Shown here piece after piece: positions 52,895 through 64,000 of a stretch of DNA of 64,000 bases. A model generated the notes under the pieces. It made no database searches. It saw only the letters and a program-made list of their open reading frames with translations, and was not told the origin of the DNA. The translations under genes were made by a program, and so were the position numbers. The stretch's first letter is position 1. Each line of letters starts with the position of its first letter. Source of the stretch: Eledone cirrhosa (taxonomy: Eukaryota); contig OZ024747.1 of the NCBI GenBank assembly GCA_964016885.1, positions 53,010,001 through 53,074,000 of the forward strand, read 5' to 3'.

Positions 52895-54784
52895 TCATCC
52901 CTTGAATCGCAAGAATGTTTTGCATATTTTGAAGGTGCCAGCTATCGCAGCCATTTGTAGACTATGAATTAGGGAGCTGCGCTTTTTGTCCGCAAATCCA
53001 AGTTCGGTCATACTTTGGTCCAAGCGGGTTGGTATATAACCCGTAGCACCAATAATGATGGGTATGAAGCTAAAGGTGTATCTTGGATACTGGATTTGTA
53101 AGCTCCTCATCAATGGTCCGTAGATGTCCTCCTTCTCCTGTATTTTTCTGACAACGTTTACATCAAGTGGGCAGCTGATCTCCACAACAGAACACGTTTT
53201 CAATGTGTGGTCCCAAACTACAATATCAGGCCGGTTGTGCTTTAATTTGGTGGCAGTTTTTATTTTCAGGTTCCACCAGTATTCCTTAGTGCCATCTGTC
53301 TCAATATATTCTTCCTCGTTTGTTGTTAATTTTGTTTTCCGAAGTGCGTTCCAGATAGTTCTAGCTATCCCATCGTGTCTCATGGGGAGGTAGTAGCGAG
53401 ATGACATTCTTTCGCAGCTGGCAACAATGTGGCTTACATCCTCGATCTTTGTTTTACATAGCCTACATTTATTGTCAGCTGCTGGCCCTCCTCTTTTGTG
53501 CAGCAGATATTTGGTAGGGAGTTCTTGTTCCTGTATTGCATAGAGATATCCCTCAAGGTGTGATGTCATAAACTTGTCGGAACTCCATGCCAGGCTTTTT
53601 GAGTGGTTTATCCCCTCTATGGTCTGTGTTTTACGCCTCAAGTATCCATGCACAACTTTCTCTGTAAATTGGTCAATTTTTTTTTCTTGTTTGAACATTG
53701 AATAGGATCTTCCGATTTCTCTGGGTGAGAGATTTATATCAGGCTTTATTCCATATCTCTCCTCCAGATCAGTCGCTATTCTAATGATATTTCTTTTTTC
53801 ATGCTCATAAACCTGAGCAAGATGGTCGCCAACCTTTTTCCTCTGTTGAAGGTGTTGCTTCAGTGTTACTATCCGGGTCTCATATGTTGTTAATATTGAT
53901 TTTAGACCCCGGCCACCTTCCTTGCGTGAGAAGTATAGCCTATCCACATCACCATTGATGTTAAAGTTCCCAGTAACACTGAGAAGTTTACGAGTTCTAA
54001 CATCCATCTCACTTAGTTCTTGCAATGACCAGTTCAGTAGGCCAAATGTTGGCGTTATAATTGGCACAGCATAGGTATTGTGGGCAATGTATTTGTTGTA
54101 TGCTGACAGTTCTGATGACCATATTTTTTTTACTCTTCTGAGGTATTCAGTTCTGGTTCTCTCCTTATTTATGGGTCCATCATATCTGACATTCTCATCC
54201 TGTCCAAGATATCTGTAGTTGTCACCTGACTGCAGAGGTTGTATTGTCAGGCCGTTCATATCTAGATTTCTAGAGGAGGGCACAGCTCTTCCACGTTTTA
54301 CTGCCAAATATGCACACTTGGACTCACCAAATTTCATTTTGATGTCGGTTGAAAATTGTGTAATGAGGTCCAATTGTTTCTTGATGTCATTGATATTTGG
54401 CCCATACAACTTCAGGTCATCAACAAAGAAAAGATGGGAGATACTTCTGGGCCCACTTCTTTGTCCACCTTGTTTCCTGAGTAGGTAAGATAGTGGATTC
54501 AGTGAGAGAACGAAGAGTAGTACTGACAAGCTATCACCCTGAAAGATGCCCTTCTGGTAATGTATCCTATCAGTCTTAACCTGCTCCTTCTCACCTCTAA
54601 GGATCAAATTGGTGTACCAGTTCTTGGTCAGGCGTTCAACAGCAGCTACTAATGGTTGTGGGACTTTAGCTAACTGTAAAGCCTTAATAATCCACCCATG
54701 AGGTACACTATCAAATGCTTTTTGATAGTCCAGCCACACGACAGTCATGTTTCTGCGATTCTTTGTTGTTTTTTCCTGAATCAT
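52895..54784 (-). CDS. R4/Dong-clade non-LTR retrotransposon ORF (RT + CCHC + restriction-like endonuclease), 5'-truncated, 629 aa open
   Basis: WLDYQKAFDSVPH, GIFQGDSLS, FVDDLKLY, GGRGL, CRLC..SHIVASC, RHD, RPDIVVWD..EISCP; ~80-nt 3'UTR to 52814. Confidence 0.9.
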   Translation of the reverse strand: MIQEKTTKNRRNMTVVWLDYQKAFDSVPHGWIIKALQLAKVPQPLVAAVERLTKNWYTNLILRGEKEQVKTDRIHYQKGIFQGDSLSVLLFVLSLNPLSYLLRKQGGQRSGPRSISHLFFVDDLKLYGPNINDIKKQLDLITQFSTDIKMKFGESKCAYLAVKRGRAVPSSRNLDMNGLTIQPLQSGDNYRYLGQDENVRYDGPINKERTRTEYLRRVKKIWSSELSAYNKYIAHNTYAVPIITPTFGLLNWSLQELSEMDVRTRKLLSVTGNFNINGDVDRLYFSRKEGGRGLKSILTTYETRIVTLKQHLQQRKKVGDHLAQVYEHEKRNIIRIATDLEERYGIKPDINLSPREIGRSYSMFKQEKKIDQFTEKVVHGYLRRKTQTIEGINHSKSLAWSSDKFMTSHLEGYLYAIQEQELPTKYLLHKRGGPAADNKCRLCKTKIEDVSHIVASCERMSSRYYLPMRHDGIARTIWNALRKTKLTTNEEEYIETDGTKEYWWNLKIKTATKLKHNRPDIVVWDHTLKTCSVVEISCPLDVNVVRKIQEKEDIYGPLMRSLQIQYPRYTFSFIPIIIGATGYIPTRLDQSMTELGFADKKRSSLIHSLQMAAIAGTFKICKTFLRFKG

Positions 54785-54965
54785 TTATGTATGTATATAT
54801 GTACGTATGTATGTATGTATGTATGTATGTATGTATGTATGTATGTATGTATGTATGTATGTATGTATGTATGTACGTATGTATGTATGTATGTATGTAT
54901 GTATGTATGTATGTATGTACGTATGTATGTACCTACGTATGTATTTATGTATGTTTGTATGTATG

Positions 54966-54999
<34 letters not shown>

Positions 55000-55949
55000 T
55001 GTATGTATGTATGTATGTATGTATGTATGTATGTATGTATGCATGTACATACATATAACAACACTCTTTCATTCCCGTACAGTTAAAAACAAGGACCCAC
55101 TCATTACTATGACTAACAATATAGTTTTTTGTTTTCAATTCAATTTCACTCCACATTCTATGGTATACACCTACCCCCTCTTTCTTCCTTTCTTTCTTTC
55201 TTTCTTTCTTTCTTTCTCTATTTTTTCTTTCTTTCTTTCTTTCTTTCTTTCTTTCCTTCTTGTTTTCTCTCTCGCTAACTACATATCTATATATCTATCA
55301 CTCTCATCTTCCCCCCTTTCCTCTCTGTTAGTCTCTCTACCTTCTCTTTCCAGTTCTGTCCCTCTTCTCCTCTATCTTTATCTGCCTTTCCTTCCATCTC
55401 TTACTATATCTCCTCTCACCATCTCCTTCTCTTTATCTCTCTATCTCTCTATCCCCCCCCATCTCTCTATCTCCATCTCTCTCGATATGCCCCCCTCTCT
55501 CTCTCTCCATCTCTCTCTCTCCATCTCTCTCTATATCCTTTCACTACCCCCCATCCTCTCTATTATACCCCATCTCATTAACCTGTCTTATTTACTCTGT
55601 ATCCCTCGTAAGTCCAACTTCTCTCACACCTATACTTCATTCACTCGTTCATTCACCACATTATTAAACCAACATTTAGCTGACTACTCCCCACCACACC
55701 TCTCTTTCCACCTACATATCCACAGTTAACCCAGATACATTAACTTACTACCCCATATATTGGCTGGGGTGTGTGTGTGTGTGTGCGGGGGGGGGGTATG
55801 TGACGTCACTAAGCACCATCAATGAGTCTTTTGTGCAGCTGATGGGATGTGCAATGTCGGATAACAAGCCACAACAGCTACTGCAATAGTATTTCATCCG
55901 ATGGAGTCCTACTGGCCCAGTTGGTAAGTGCGTTGACCCTTCTAGCTAT

Positions 55950-56663
55950 AATAATAATAATAATGAAATTATTGTGTAAAGTGCTCAGGTGCACTACAAC
56001 TCGTCAAAGGTGTATGTATAGAATAATTGTTTCTACTTTTGGCACCAGGCCAGCAATTATCCCAGTATATTACTGGTACTTTATTTTATCGACCCCGTAA
56101 GGATGAAAGGCAAAGTTAACCTCGACGGGATTTGAACTCAGACCGTAAAGGGACGTAACTATGCTAGAAAGCATGGCGTTCAACCCTCTACCGATACTGC
56201 CAATCCACCACCCTCGTGTGTATAGAATAATTGTTTCTACTTTAGGCACAAGGCCAGCAATTATCCAGTACATTACTGGTACTTTATTTTATCGACCCCG
56301 TAAGGATGAAAGGCAAAGTTAACCTCGGCGGGATTTGAACTCAGACTGTAAAGGGACGTAACTATGCTCGTGTGTATAGAATAATACACAAATGTCAGGG
56401 AAGTACATGTGTGTATGTGTTAGCTGTAGTGTTGGCGGATCTCGGGAAGCATGGAGGCCTTAAAGGATGCAGTGTCTCGACAGCTAACACTGATGCAGGT
56501 AGTTTGTTCCATGCTTCAGCAACTCTGAGCGTGAAAAAAATGTTTCCGAAAGTCATGGGAACTGTGCTGCCTTCTTACTTTGTGGGCATGTCCACGTGTG
56601 TTAGACACATGGAAATCAAAAAGGTACTCAGGGTTGTTGTTGGCAACATGGTTAACAATTTTG
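55950..56663 (-). mobile_element. CR1-type LINE 3' end with two nested SINE-B copies
   Basis: NTRGHAHKV..FRKHFFTLRVAEAWNKLP; (ATT)n tail at about 55950; SINE-B at 56023-56212 and 56228-56368. Confidence 0.75.
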
Positions 56664-56814
56664 TGGGTGTAGTTAGAGGTCTAATCTCTATCAAAGTTAG
56701 TTGTATTTCACCAGATGGTTGACTAAATATTCCAATATTCCATTCCACTATTCTCCATTCAAATAGTGTAACTATATAGCCATATACACACACACACACA
56801 CACGCACGCACGCA

Positions 56815-56919
<105 letters not shown>

Positions 56920-56969
56920 GCACACACACTCAGATACACACACACATACACTCAGATACACACACTCAG

Positions 56970-57059
<90 letters not shown>

Positions 57060-57257
57060 AGATACACACACACACACACACACACTCACACACTCACACA
57101 GTATTGTATGTATCTCTAATTCTTTAGGACTACACATGCGGGACACATTCCTCATCACTCTTACTAAATCCGCAATCCGTATGGTGACTTTTATGCTATC
57201 CGAAACAGCAGAGTTTCGGTGAATCAAGTTCTTGGAGGTCATAGGTTTGGCATAATG

Positions 57258-58010
57258 AGAGTGGAGAATTACAGAGACACATACAGCACTTTATCTACCA
57301 CATGCAGTTCTCTGGCTACAATCAGAGACACAAGATCAGGGTATATAGAGGAGCTAGAACCAAATGTGCAAAGATTGTAGAAAATGATGCAAATGAGACT
57401 TGGCTCATGTATAGGAGAACATTTTGGAATAAGAGTGAAAGAATTAAGAAAAAGTCTAATAAAATCAACCCATGGTATGATAGCAATAAATACCAGAGTG
57501 TAATGTTCGTCAATGCATCCCCCAGAGGTGAACTAGCTTACAGATTTAGAAGGGCTCTAGACAAACAAAAATTAAATATTAAGATAGTTGAAAGACCAGG
57601 TATTCCCATTAAAGCCCTAATTAGAAGAACATATCCGTTTAACACCCCCTCCCCTGTACTGATAGAAAATGCATATTCTGCAAATTAAGCCCACAAACTA
57701 ACTGTAAAACTAGGAACTTAGTATATAACATAAGATGTGCTGGAGGACAGTGTAGGAATAAGAACATAACATACATAAATGAGACAACCCGTAGCATAGG
57801 AGAAATAAGAAATAAGCACTAACGAGAACTCCAAGATGGTAAAACTCATCAGTATTCCACCAACATGCCAAAATAGAAGTTAGGGGCACATTAGAGAAGA
57901 TAGAGATAAAAATTATATCCACATACAGAAAAGACGCAATGCTCAGACAAATTACAGAGGCGACAAACATAAACGAACTCCAACCAAAATTAAACAGAAG
58001 ACATGAGTAG
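57258..58010 (+). pseudogene. Penelope-like element ORF remnant (RT C-terminus + GIY-YIG endonuclease)
   Basis: HFIYHMQFSGY..VMFVNASPRGEL..KIVERPG, frameshift, CTDRKCIFC..NCKTRNLVYNIRC..C..YINETTRS, stop and frameshift, SSVFHQH..RQITEATNI..LN. Confidence 0.8.
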
Positions 58011-58138
58011 AATAGCAACATCACAACTAGTAATTAAGGACAAAATGAAGACGTACAGAGACAGACAAAAAACAAACTAATAAAACAAACCAGTTACACA
58101 CAGATAGAGCAAACAACCAGCAAGTGACAAGTATAACA

Positions 58139-58220
<82 letters not shown>

Positions 58221-58254
58221 TAAAACGATCAAATTTTAGTTTAGAACATTTATT

Positions 58255-58301
58255 TGCTGACAATTGTTTCTTCCAGAGGGATGTCTGGAATCATCGGAGC
58301 A
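58255..58301 (-). ncRNA. Minimal type I hammerhead (U4C core variant)
   Basis: Minus: TGCT-CCGATGA-TTCCAGA catccc TCTGGAA-GAAA-CAATTG-TC-AGCA. Confidence 0.7.
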
Positions 58302-58734
58302 TAAGGAATGTCTAAACATGTAACTAAAATCCTAGTCATTTAGAACATTCAGGATACATAATTAGTGTCAAAGGCATCATGTGGAGAGTCAGGAGTTAAA
58401 AAGATGTTCTGCTTGAACGAATACAATTACAGGCAGCACTGGTTGGAAATGTAGTAGGTATAAGTAAAAAGTACAAGCAAAAAATCACAAGCAAAAAAGA
58501 AAAAACACGGGCAAAAAAGTTATAAGCAAGAAAAATTGGTGTACAATGCAGGAGGGAGTCAATACAGTCAATAATGCATGTATGAGGAAAGAGTTATAAT
58601 GCAGTTGTATCTCGGCTCTGTAAAACACTTGAAAAATTCATTGAGCCTTTTGTCATACTGGTAACCGGCTAGTACTTAGTACTACTCTACATATTTATAG
58701 TTATATCAACATATATAAATATAAATATTCTTAT

Positions 58735-58797
<63 letters not shown>

Positions 58798-58969
58798 AAG
58801 AGAGAGTAGAATCGAAGTCAGTAATGCAGCATATGTACAAATTTTATTGGCATATTACAATTGTTTCGGTATCGATCAGTTCAAGTTACAATCACTAATT
58901 GTGTTATAGACCTCGTAACAACGTTGAGTATTTCGAATGGAACGTCGCCTGTAACTGTAGTTCAACACC

Positions 58970-59050
<81 letters not shown>

Positions 59051-59054
<4 letters not shown>

Positions 59055-59202
59055 ACGAAGGAGTTGTGGTAAGGAACCAGATGGACCATAAAGCACCAGA
59101 GTACTCAATACTTAGGGTAGTAGAGTTGGTAATAGGAAAATGTATGACCCCAGAAATAGCCGTCGAAACGGCTTGAGCTCTGCCGTCGGGGTCATACATT
59201 TT

Positions 59203-59207
<5 letters not shown>
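59051..59207. mobile_element. Family D fold-back copy
   Basis: Tail plus ATAGGAAAATGTATGACCCC..GGGGTCATACATTTTCCTAT. Confidence 0.8.
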
Positions 59208-59260
<53 letters not shown>

Positions 59261-59295
59261 TAATATTCTACATTTCTAGATTATATATCTTGTAA

Positions 59296-59572
59296 TAGCA
59301 TGTGGATTAGTTGTTAGCCTGCGTTTACTTCTAGATCGTAAGGGTTCGAGTCACAGTGGTGCATTGAGTCCTTGAGTAAGGCAATCAATTTGACGTTGCT
59401 CAAGAAAAACTAATATTCCACCAGTAATTTAAAGGACCATGGTTGTCCCACTTAATATTCTATTTATAGACATATGCATAAAAGTGCACGGAATACTCAG
59501 TCACATGTATCTTAATTTCACGAGTAGGCTGCTCCGTTGTTTGAGCTGCTTCAACAATTGCCGATGGAGGTC
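59296..59572 (+). mobile_element. Degenerate CORE-like SINE
   Basis: GGTTCGAGTC, GTCCTTGAGTAAGGCA; tail related to 5100-5265 and 16120-16255. Confidence 0.55.
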
Positions 59573-59590
59573 AAACAATATATATCGATT

Positions 59591-59631
<41 letters not shown>

Positions 59632-59638
59632 ACGTGCG

Positions 59639-59676
<38 letters not shown>

Positions 59677-60090
59677 GGCTTGTGTGCGCAAATTTGTTGC
59701 ACAAATAGTACTAAAACGAGAAATCCATTTGCCAGTGAAATTGTGTGTCTGTATGCATTTGTGTGTGATTGTATGTGTTTGTTTGAGTTTCTACGTGTTT
59801 GTATGTGTGTATGTGTGTGTGTGTGTGTGCGTGCGAGTGCGAAGTGTTCGCGCGCGTGTGTGCGCGCGTCTGTGTGTGTGTGTGTGTGTGATTCTGGCCT
59901 ATCGGGTGTGTAGCGTATTGTCAATTCCCAGCTGGGAATATAGCATGATCTAGTGTGGCTGAAATGATATCAGCACGGTTGGTAATAAGACTATAAATCT
60001 CTCTCAATGTGTCTCGCAGTCAATCTTGATAACAGCCGCCGTGTGTAACGCAACAGCTTATCATTACCATCGAATGTTTATACACCATTG

Positions 60091-60174
<84 letters not shown>

Positions 60175-60407
60175 CATATATGTATATATATATGCAATTG
60201 TGTATAAACACTTGTACACATATATAACATATACATGCACTGATATACACACATATAAACTGTCATCGACCGCATAATCATATATATATACATATATATA
60301 TATACAGAGAGAAAGAGAGCGTGAGAGATAGATAGATAGATAGAAATATAGCGAGAGAGAAAGAGAGAGAGTGTGTGTGCGTGAGAGGTAGAGATATATA
60401 GATTGAT

Positions 60408-60521
<114 letters not shown>

Positions 60522-60620
60522 GGAGAGATATAGCGAGAGAGAAAGAGAGAGTGTGTGTGTGTGTGAGGCAGAGATATATAGATAGTTATCGAGCGAGAGA
60601 GAGAATGAGAGAGAGAGAGG

Positions 60621-60670
<50 letters not shown>

Positions 60671-61049
60671 GATATATATATATAGATAGCCATAGAGGGA
60701 GAGAGAGGGAGAGAGAGAGGGAGTGAGAGGGAGAGCGAGAGATTCTATGTAAACTTTTGAGGATGTAAACTCACACATGGATACACACACAAACTCACAT
60801 ATACATTCATACATACATACATACATACATACATACATACATACATACATACATACATACATACATACATACATACACATATATACGTATATAGATACAT
60901 ATATACATACATACATACATACACATATATACGTATATAGATACATACATATATAACTGGTGTTAATTCTTATCAATCACGGAGATGAAAGACGTATTGA
61001 AATTGCAGCACGATTTGACCTGAAACGGTCGAAAGAAAACAACTAAATG

Positions 61050-61144
<95 letters not shown>

Positions 61145-61513
61145 TACACACACACACATACATACATGCATATATATATATATATATTCTATTTCTTCGC
61201 CCACTTATTCATGAGAGGGGGTCGCGAGGCAGACCCCTCACTCAAACACTCCTTCCAGCAGGTCTTGTCAGGAGCAGCCGTCTCCAGTGACTGTATGAAT
61301 ATATATATATATGTATATATATATATACACACACACACACGCATATATATATATATATATTGTTATTCTTTGGGAGGGTCATGTTGCCAATAAGAAACAC
61401 ACGCACCAGTTGCTTTCACTTCAATTTATTATAATAAATTTATAATAAATTTATAAATTTATAAATTTCTGGTTGGTTGGTTGGTTCCACAACCAGATAG
61501 TTGTTTATATATT

Positions 61514-61556
61514 GTCATAGTTCTTTCGTCACACACTCTGTGACCTCTTCAGTGAC
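61514..61556 (-). ncRNA. Hammerhead (family G, left arm)
   Basis: Reverse complement of 61657-61699. Confidence 0.7.
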
Positions 61557-61656
61557 TGGGGATTCCTTTCTTTGTTTCTGTGCCTCTCCTTTGTTCTGTC
61601 CTACGCCATTTTTTCAGAACAAAGGAGAGGCACAGAAACAAAGAAAGGAATCCCCA

Positions 61657-61699
61657 GTCACTGAAGAGGTCACAGAGTGTGTGACGAAAGAACTATGAC
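61657..61699 (+). ncRNA. Hammerhead (family G, right arm)
   Basis: GTCA-CTGAAGA-g-GTCACA gagtg TGTGAC-GAAA-GAAC-TA-TGAC. Confidence 0.7.
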
Positions 61700-61921
61700 A
61701 ATATATAAACAACTATCTGGTTGTGGAACCAACCAACCAACCAGAAATTTATAAATTTATAAATTTATTATAAATTTATTATAAATTTATTATAATAAAT
61801 TGAAGTGAAAGCAACTGGTGCGTGTGTTTCTTATTGGCAACATGACCCTCCCAAAGTATAACAATATCGGTTTCAACACACGATTTCAGATAAAGAATCT
61901 TGCTAAACAAATTCAGAAACG

Positions 61922-61966
<45 letters not shown>

Positions 61967-62179
61967 TAACTCCGACCGCGGCGCCAAGTGGTTTCGGCTT
62001 GTGTGTTCAGCAAGCCGACACAGATTGGCACCGCGGTCGGGATTATACATATCTCTATACTCACTCTGTATCTCCCCCACGCATTAAGTACTCCCATGAT
62101 TAGTGGTCTCCCCGGTTCTCAGCACCTCAGCCTCTCTCTCTCAGACTCTCTCTCTCACTCTCTCTCTCTCTCTCTCTCT

Positions 62180-62224
<45 letters not shown>

Positions 62225-62239
62225 CTCTCTCTACATACA

Positions 62240-62277
<38 letters not shown>

Positions 62278-62284
62278 ATACACA

Positions 62285-62326
<42 letters not shown>

Positions 62327-62969
62327 TATATATGTGAAATAAACGCTTAGACATACATCTGTCTTTACGTTTATTTCATACATAGAAACTCTGTTACGTT
62401 TGATCACCACTTTTATGTTGAATAGATACAACTGATGTGGAGTGTTCTTACCTGCATACACCTGTTTATCAACAAGTTGTCATTACACATCTCTGACGGA
62501 TAAACAACACAATAATTAACAATATACATATATGTATATATATTGCTTGGCACTCCATTACATGTGAAGTGCAGGCTCATTTCATCACACACAAAAACTT
62601 ACGAAATCAATAAACTCCTGCTTAATAGTGCTGTCTATGACGAAATGTGAAAATGGTGCATTGCATTCTGAGACCTGGACACTGATACGGAAATAGTTGG
62701 TGTGGAATTGTGTCAGGTCACAGATGTGCGACGAAACTTCATAGAAGACGATATTATTAAGACATATACGAGTAACAGTAGGTAAAAGACCACAGTAGAA
62801 CGTAAAAGTTCTTTTCTTTAATGCTCTTACCCTCTTCTCCATCCCACCTCACCTCATCCCACTTTTCGCCATGAATTATGGGGAGGAGAATTACTTCCTC
62901 ATTTTTATCACGCCGGCGAATTGGTAGATTCATTAAAATATGGGATTATATGTCTCAGAATTTGATCCG

Positions 62970-63370
62970 GCTCATTGTGCTGAAATCAACTTTGCCCGGC
63001 TCACTGTGCTGAGATCAACTTTGCACAGCTCACTGTGCTGAGATCAACTTTGCCCAGCTCATTGTGCTGAGATCAACTTTGCACGACTCACTCTGCTAAG
63101 ATCAACTTTGCATGGCTCATTGTGCTGAGATTAACTTTGTCCAGCTCATTGTGCTGAGATCAACTTTGCACGAATCACTCTGCTGAGATCAACTTTGCAT
63201 GGCTCATTGTGCTGAGATCAACTTTGCACAGCTCATTGTGTTGAGATCAACTTTGCCTAGCTCATTGTGCTGAGATCAACTTTGCACGACTCACTCTGCT
63301 GAGATCAACTTTGCATGGCTCATTGTGCTGAGATCAACTTTGCCCGACTCACTGTACTGAGATCAACTTT
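62970..63370 (+). repeat. 29-bp minisatellite (~14 units) inside a decayed SINE-B
   Basis: GCTCATTGTGCTGAGATCAACTTTGCNNN units; runs into CCTTTAATCC..GTTGATAAA SINE domain. Confidence 0.9.
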
Positions 63371-63713
63371 CCCTTTAATCCTTTAGAGGTTGATAAATAG
63401 AGTAGCGGTCAACTAAAATACAACATTGACATTACCACTTTCACCACATTCACCACCACCAACGCCGCCGACACCACTACCACCACCACCACCACCACCA
63501 CCACTGCTACAGCCGCCACCGCCACCACCATCATCATCAGCATGATATACACCACCGTGTATATCATGGTACGCCATTTGAAGTACAGATACAGTCAACA
63601 GTTTCAGTCTACCCAGTTTAAATCGTAAGGCAGGGGTCTACTCGAGGTTCTGTTAAATGACACATGTCTATGATGCCGCGCAATGGGCGTCAGCAATGGT
63701 TTGACAATGACTG

Positions 63714-63764
<51 letters not shown>

Positions 63765-64000
63765 TAAAGAACAAAAAACAAAAACAATAACGAAGAGTGC
63801 AGTACAAACAGTGTTGGTATTAGGTTTAAGCTTGAGAGTGAGGGTGGGGGGCGACGTTTCGGGCATAAACCCTTCACCAGGAGAAAAGTGGGAAGGAAAA
63901 GAGTTCCTAGGGTGTGAGGCGTGTAGAGGTGGTGGTAGGTGGATGGAGGTGTGTGTGTGTATAGGGGCGGCGAGGGGGACGGTCAAAAGCTAAAGGAAGA

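Larger units (their letters stand above)
61359..61923. mobile_element. Hammerhead-bearing asymmetric fold-back element (family G), near-perfect ~505-bp hairpin
   Basis: Arms 61359-61598/61615-61865, 16-nt loop, tail 61866-61923, (TA)n flanks. Confidence 0.9.

Noticed and set aside
54105-54125. CTGATGA inside the R4 ORF (also 39306, 39466, 57845)
   Set aside because: No helix II/GAAA context; chance matches within coding sequence
62970-63370. CRISPR-like 29-bp repeats
   Set aside because: Units are contiguous with no unique spacers; no cas genes; SINE-derived

Overview
Extremely repeat-rich, AT-rich animal genomic DNA. The microsatellite density and SINE types are most consistent with an octopus or other cephalopod (inference). 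There is one 200-N gap. No host protein-coding gene is supportable, and nearly all listed ORFs are microsatellite read-throughs. The real coding content is retroelement-derived: a 5'-truncated but uninterrupted R4/Dong-type RT + restriction-like endonuclease ORF sitting in (TACA)n, plus decayed RTE, CR1, CRE and Penelope-like (GIY-YIG) fragments. Non-coding repeats include two tRNA-derived SINE families, a bipartite RTE-derived non-autonomous element, and Tc1/mariner and hAT MITEs. The main finding is about 13 minimal type I hammerhead ribozyme motifs (CUGANGA...GAAA, often with a palindromic helix III, compensatory changes in helix II) from several unrelated families. Many sit in asymmetric fold-back elements inserted in (TA)n tracts: two inverted arms, usually each with a hammerhead, and a one-sided 'tail'. 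This points to a multi-family, ribozyme-bearing, Penelope-driven non-autonomous retroelement system. All folds were done by eye; element boundaries are approximate.
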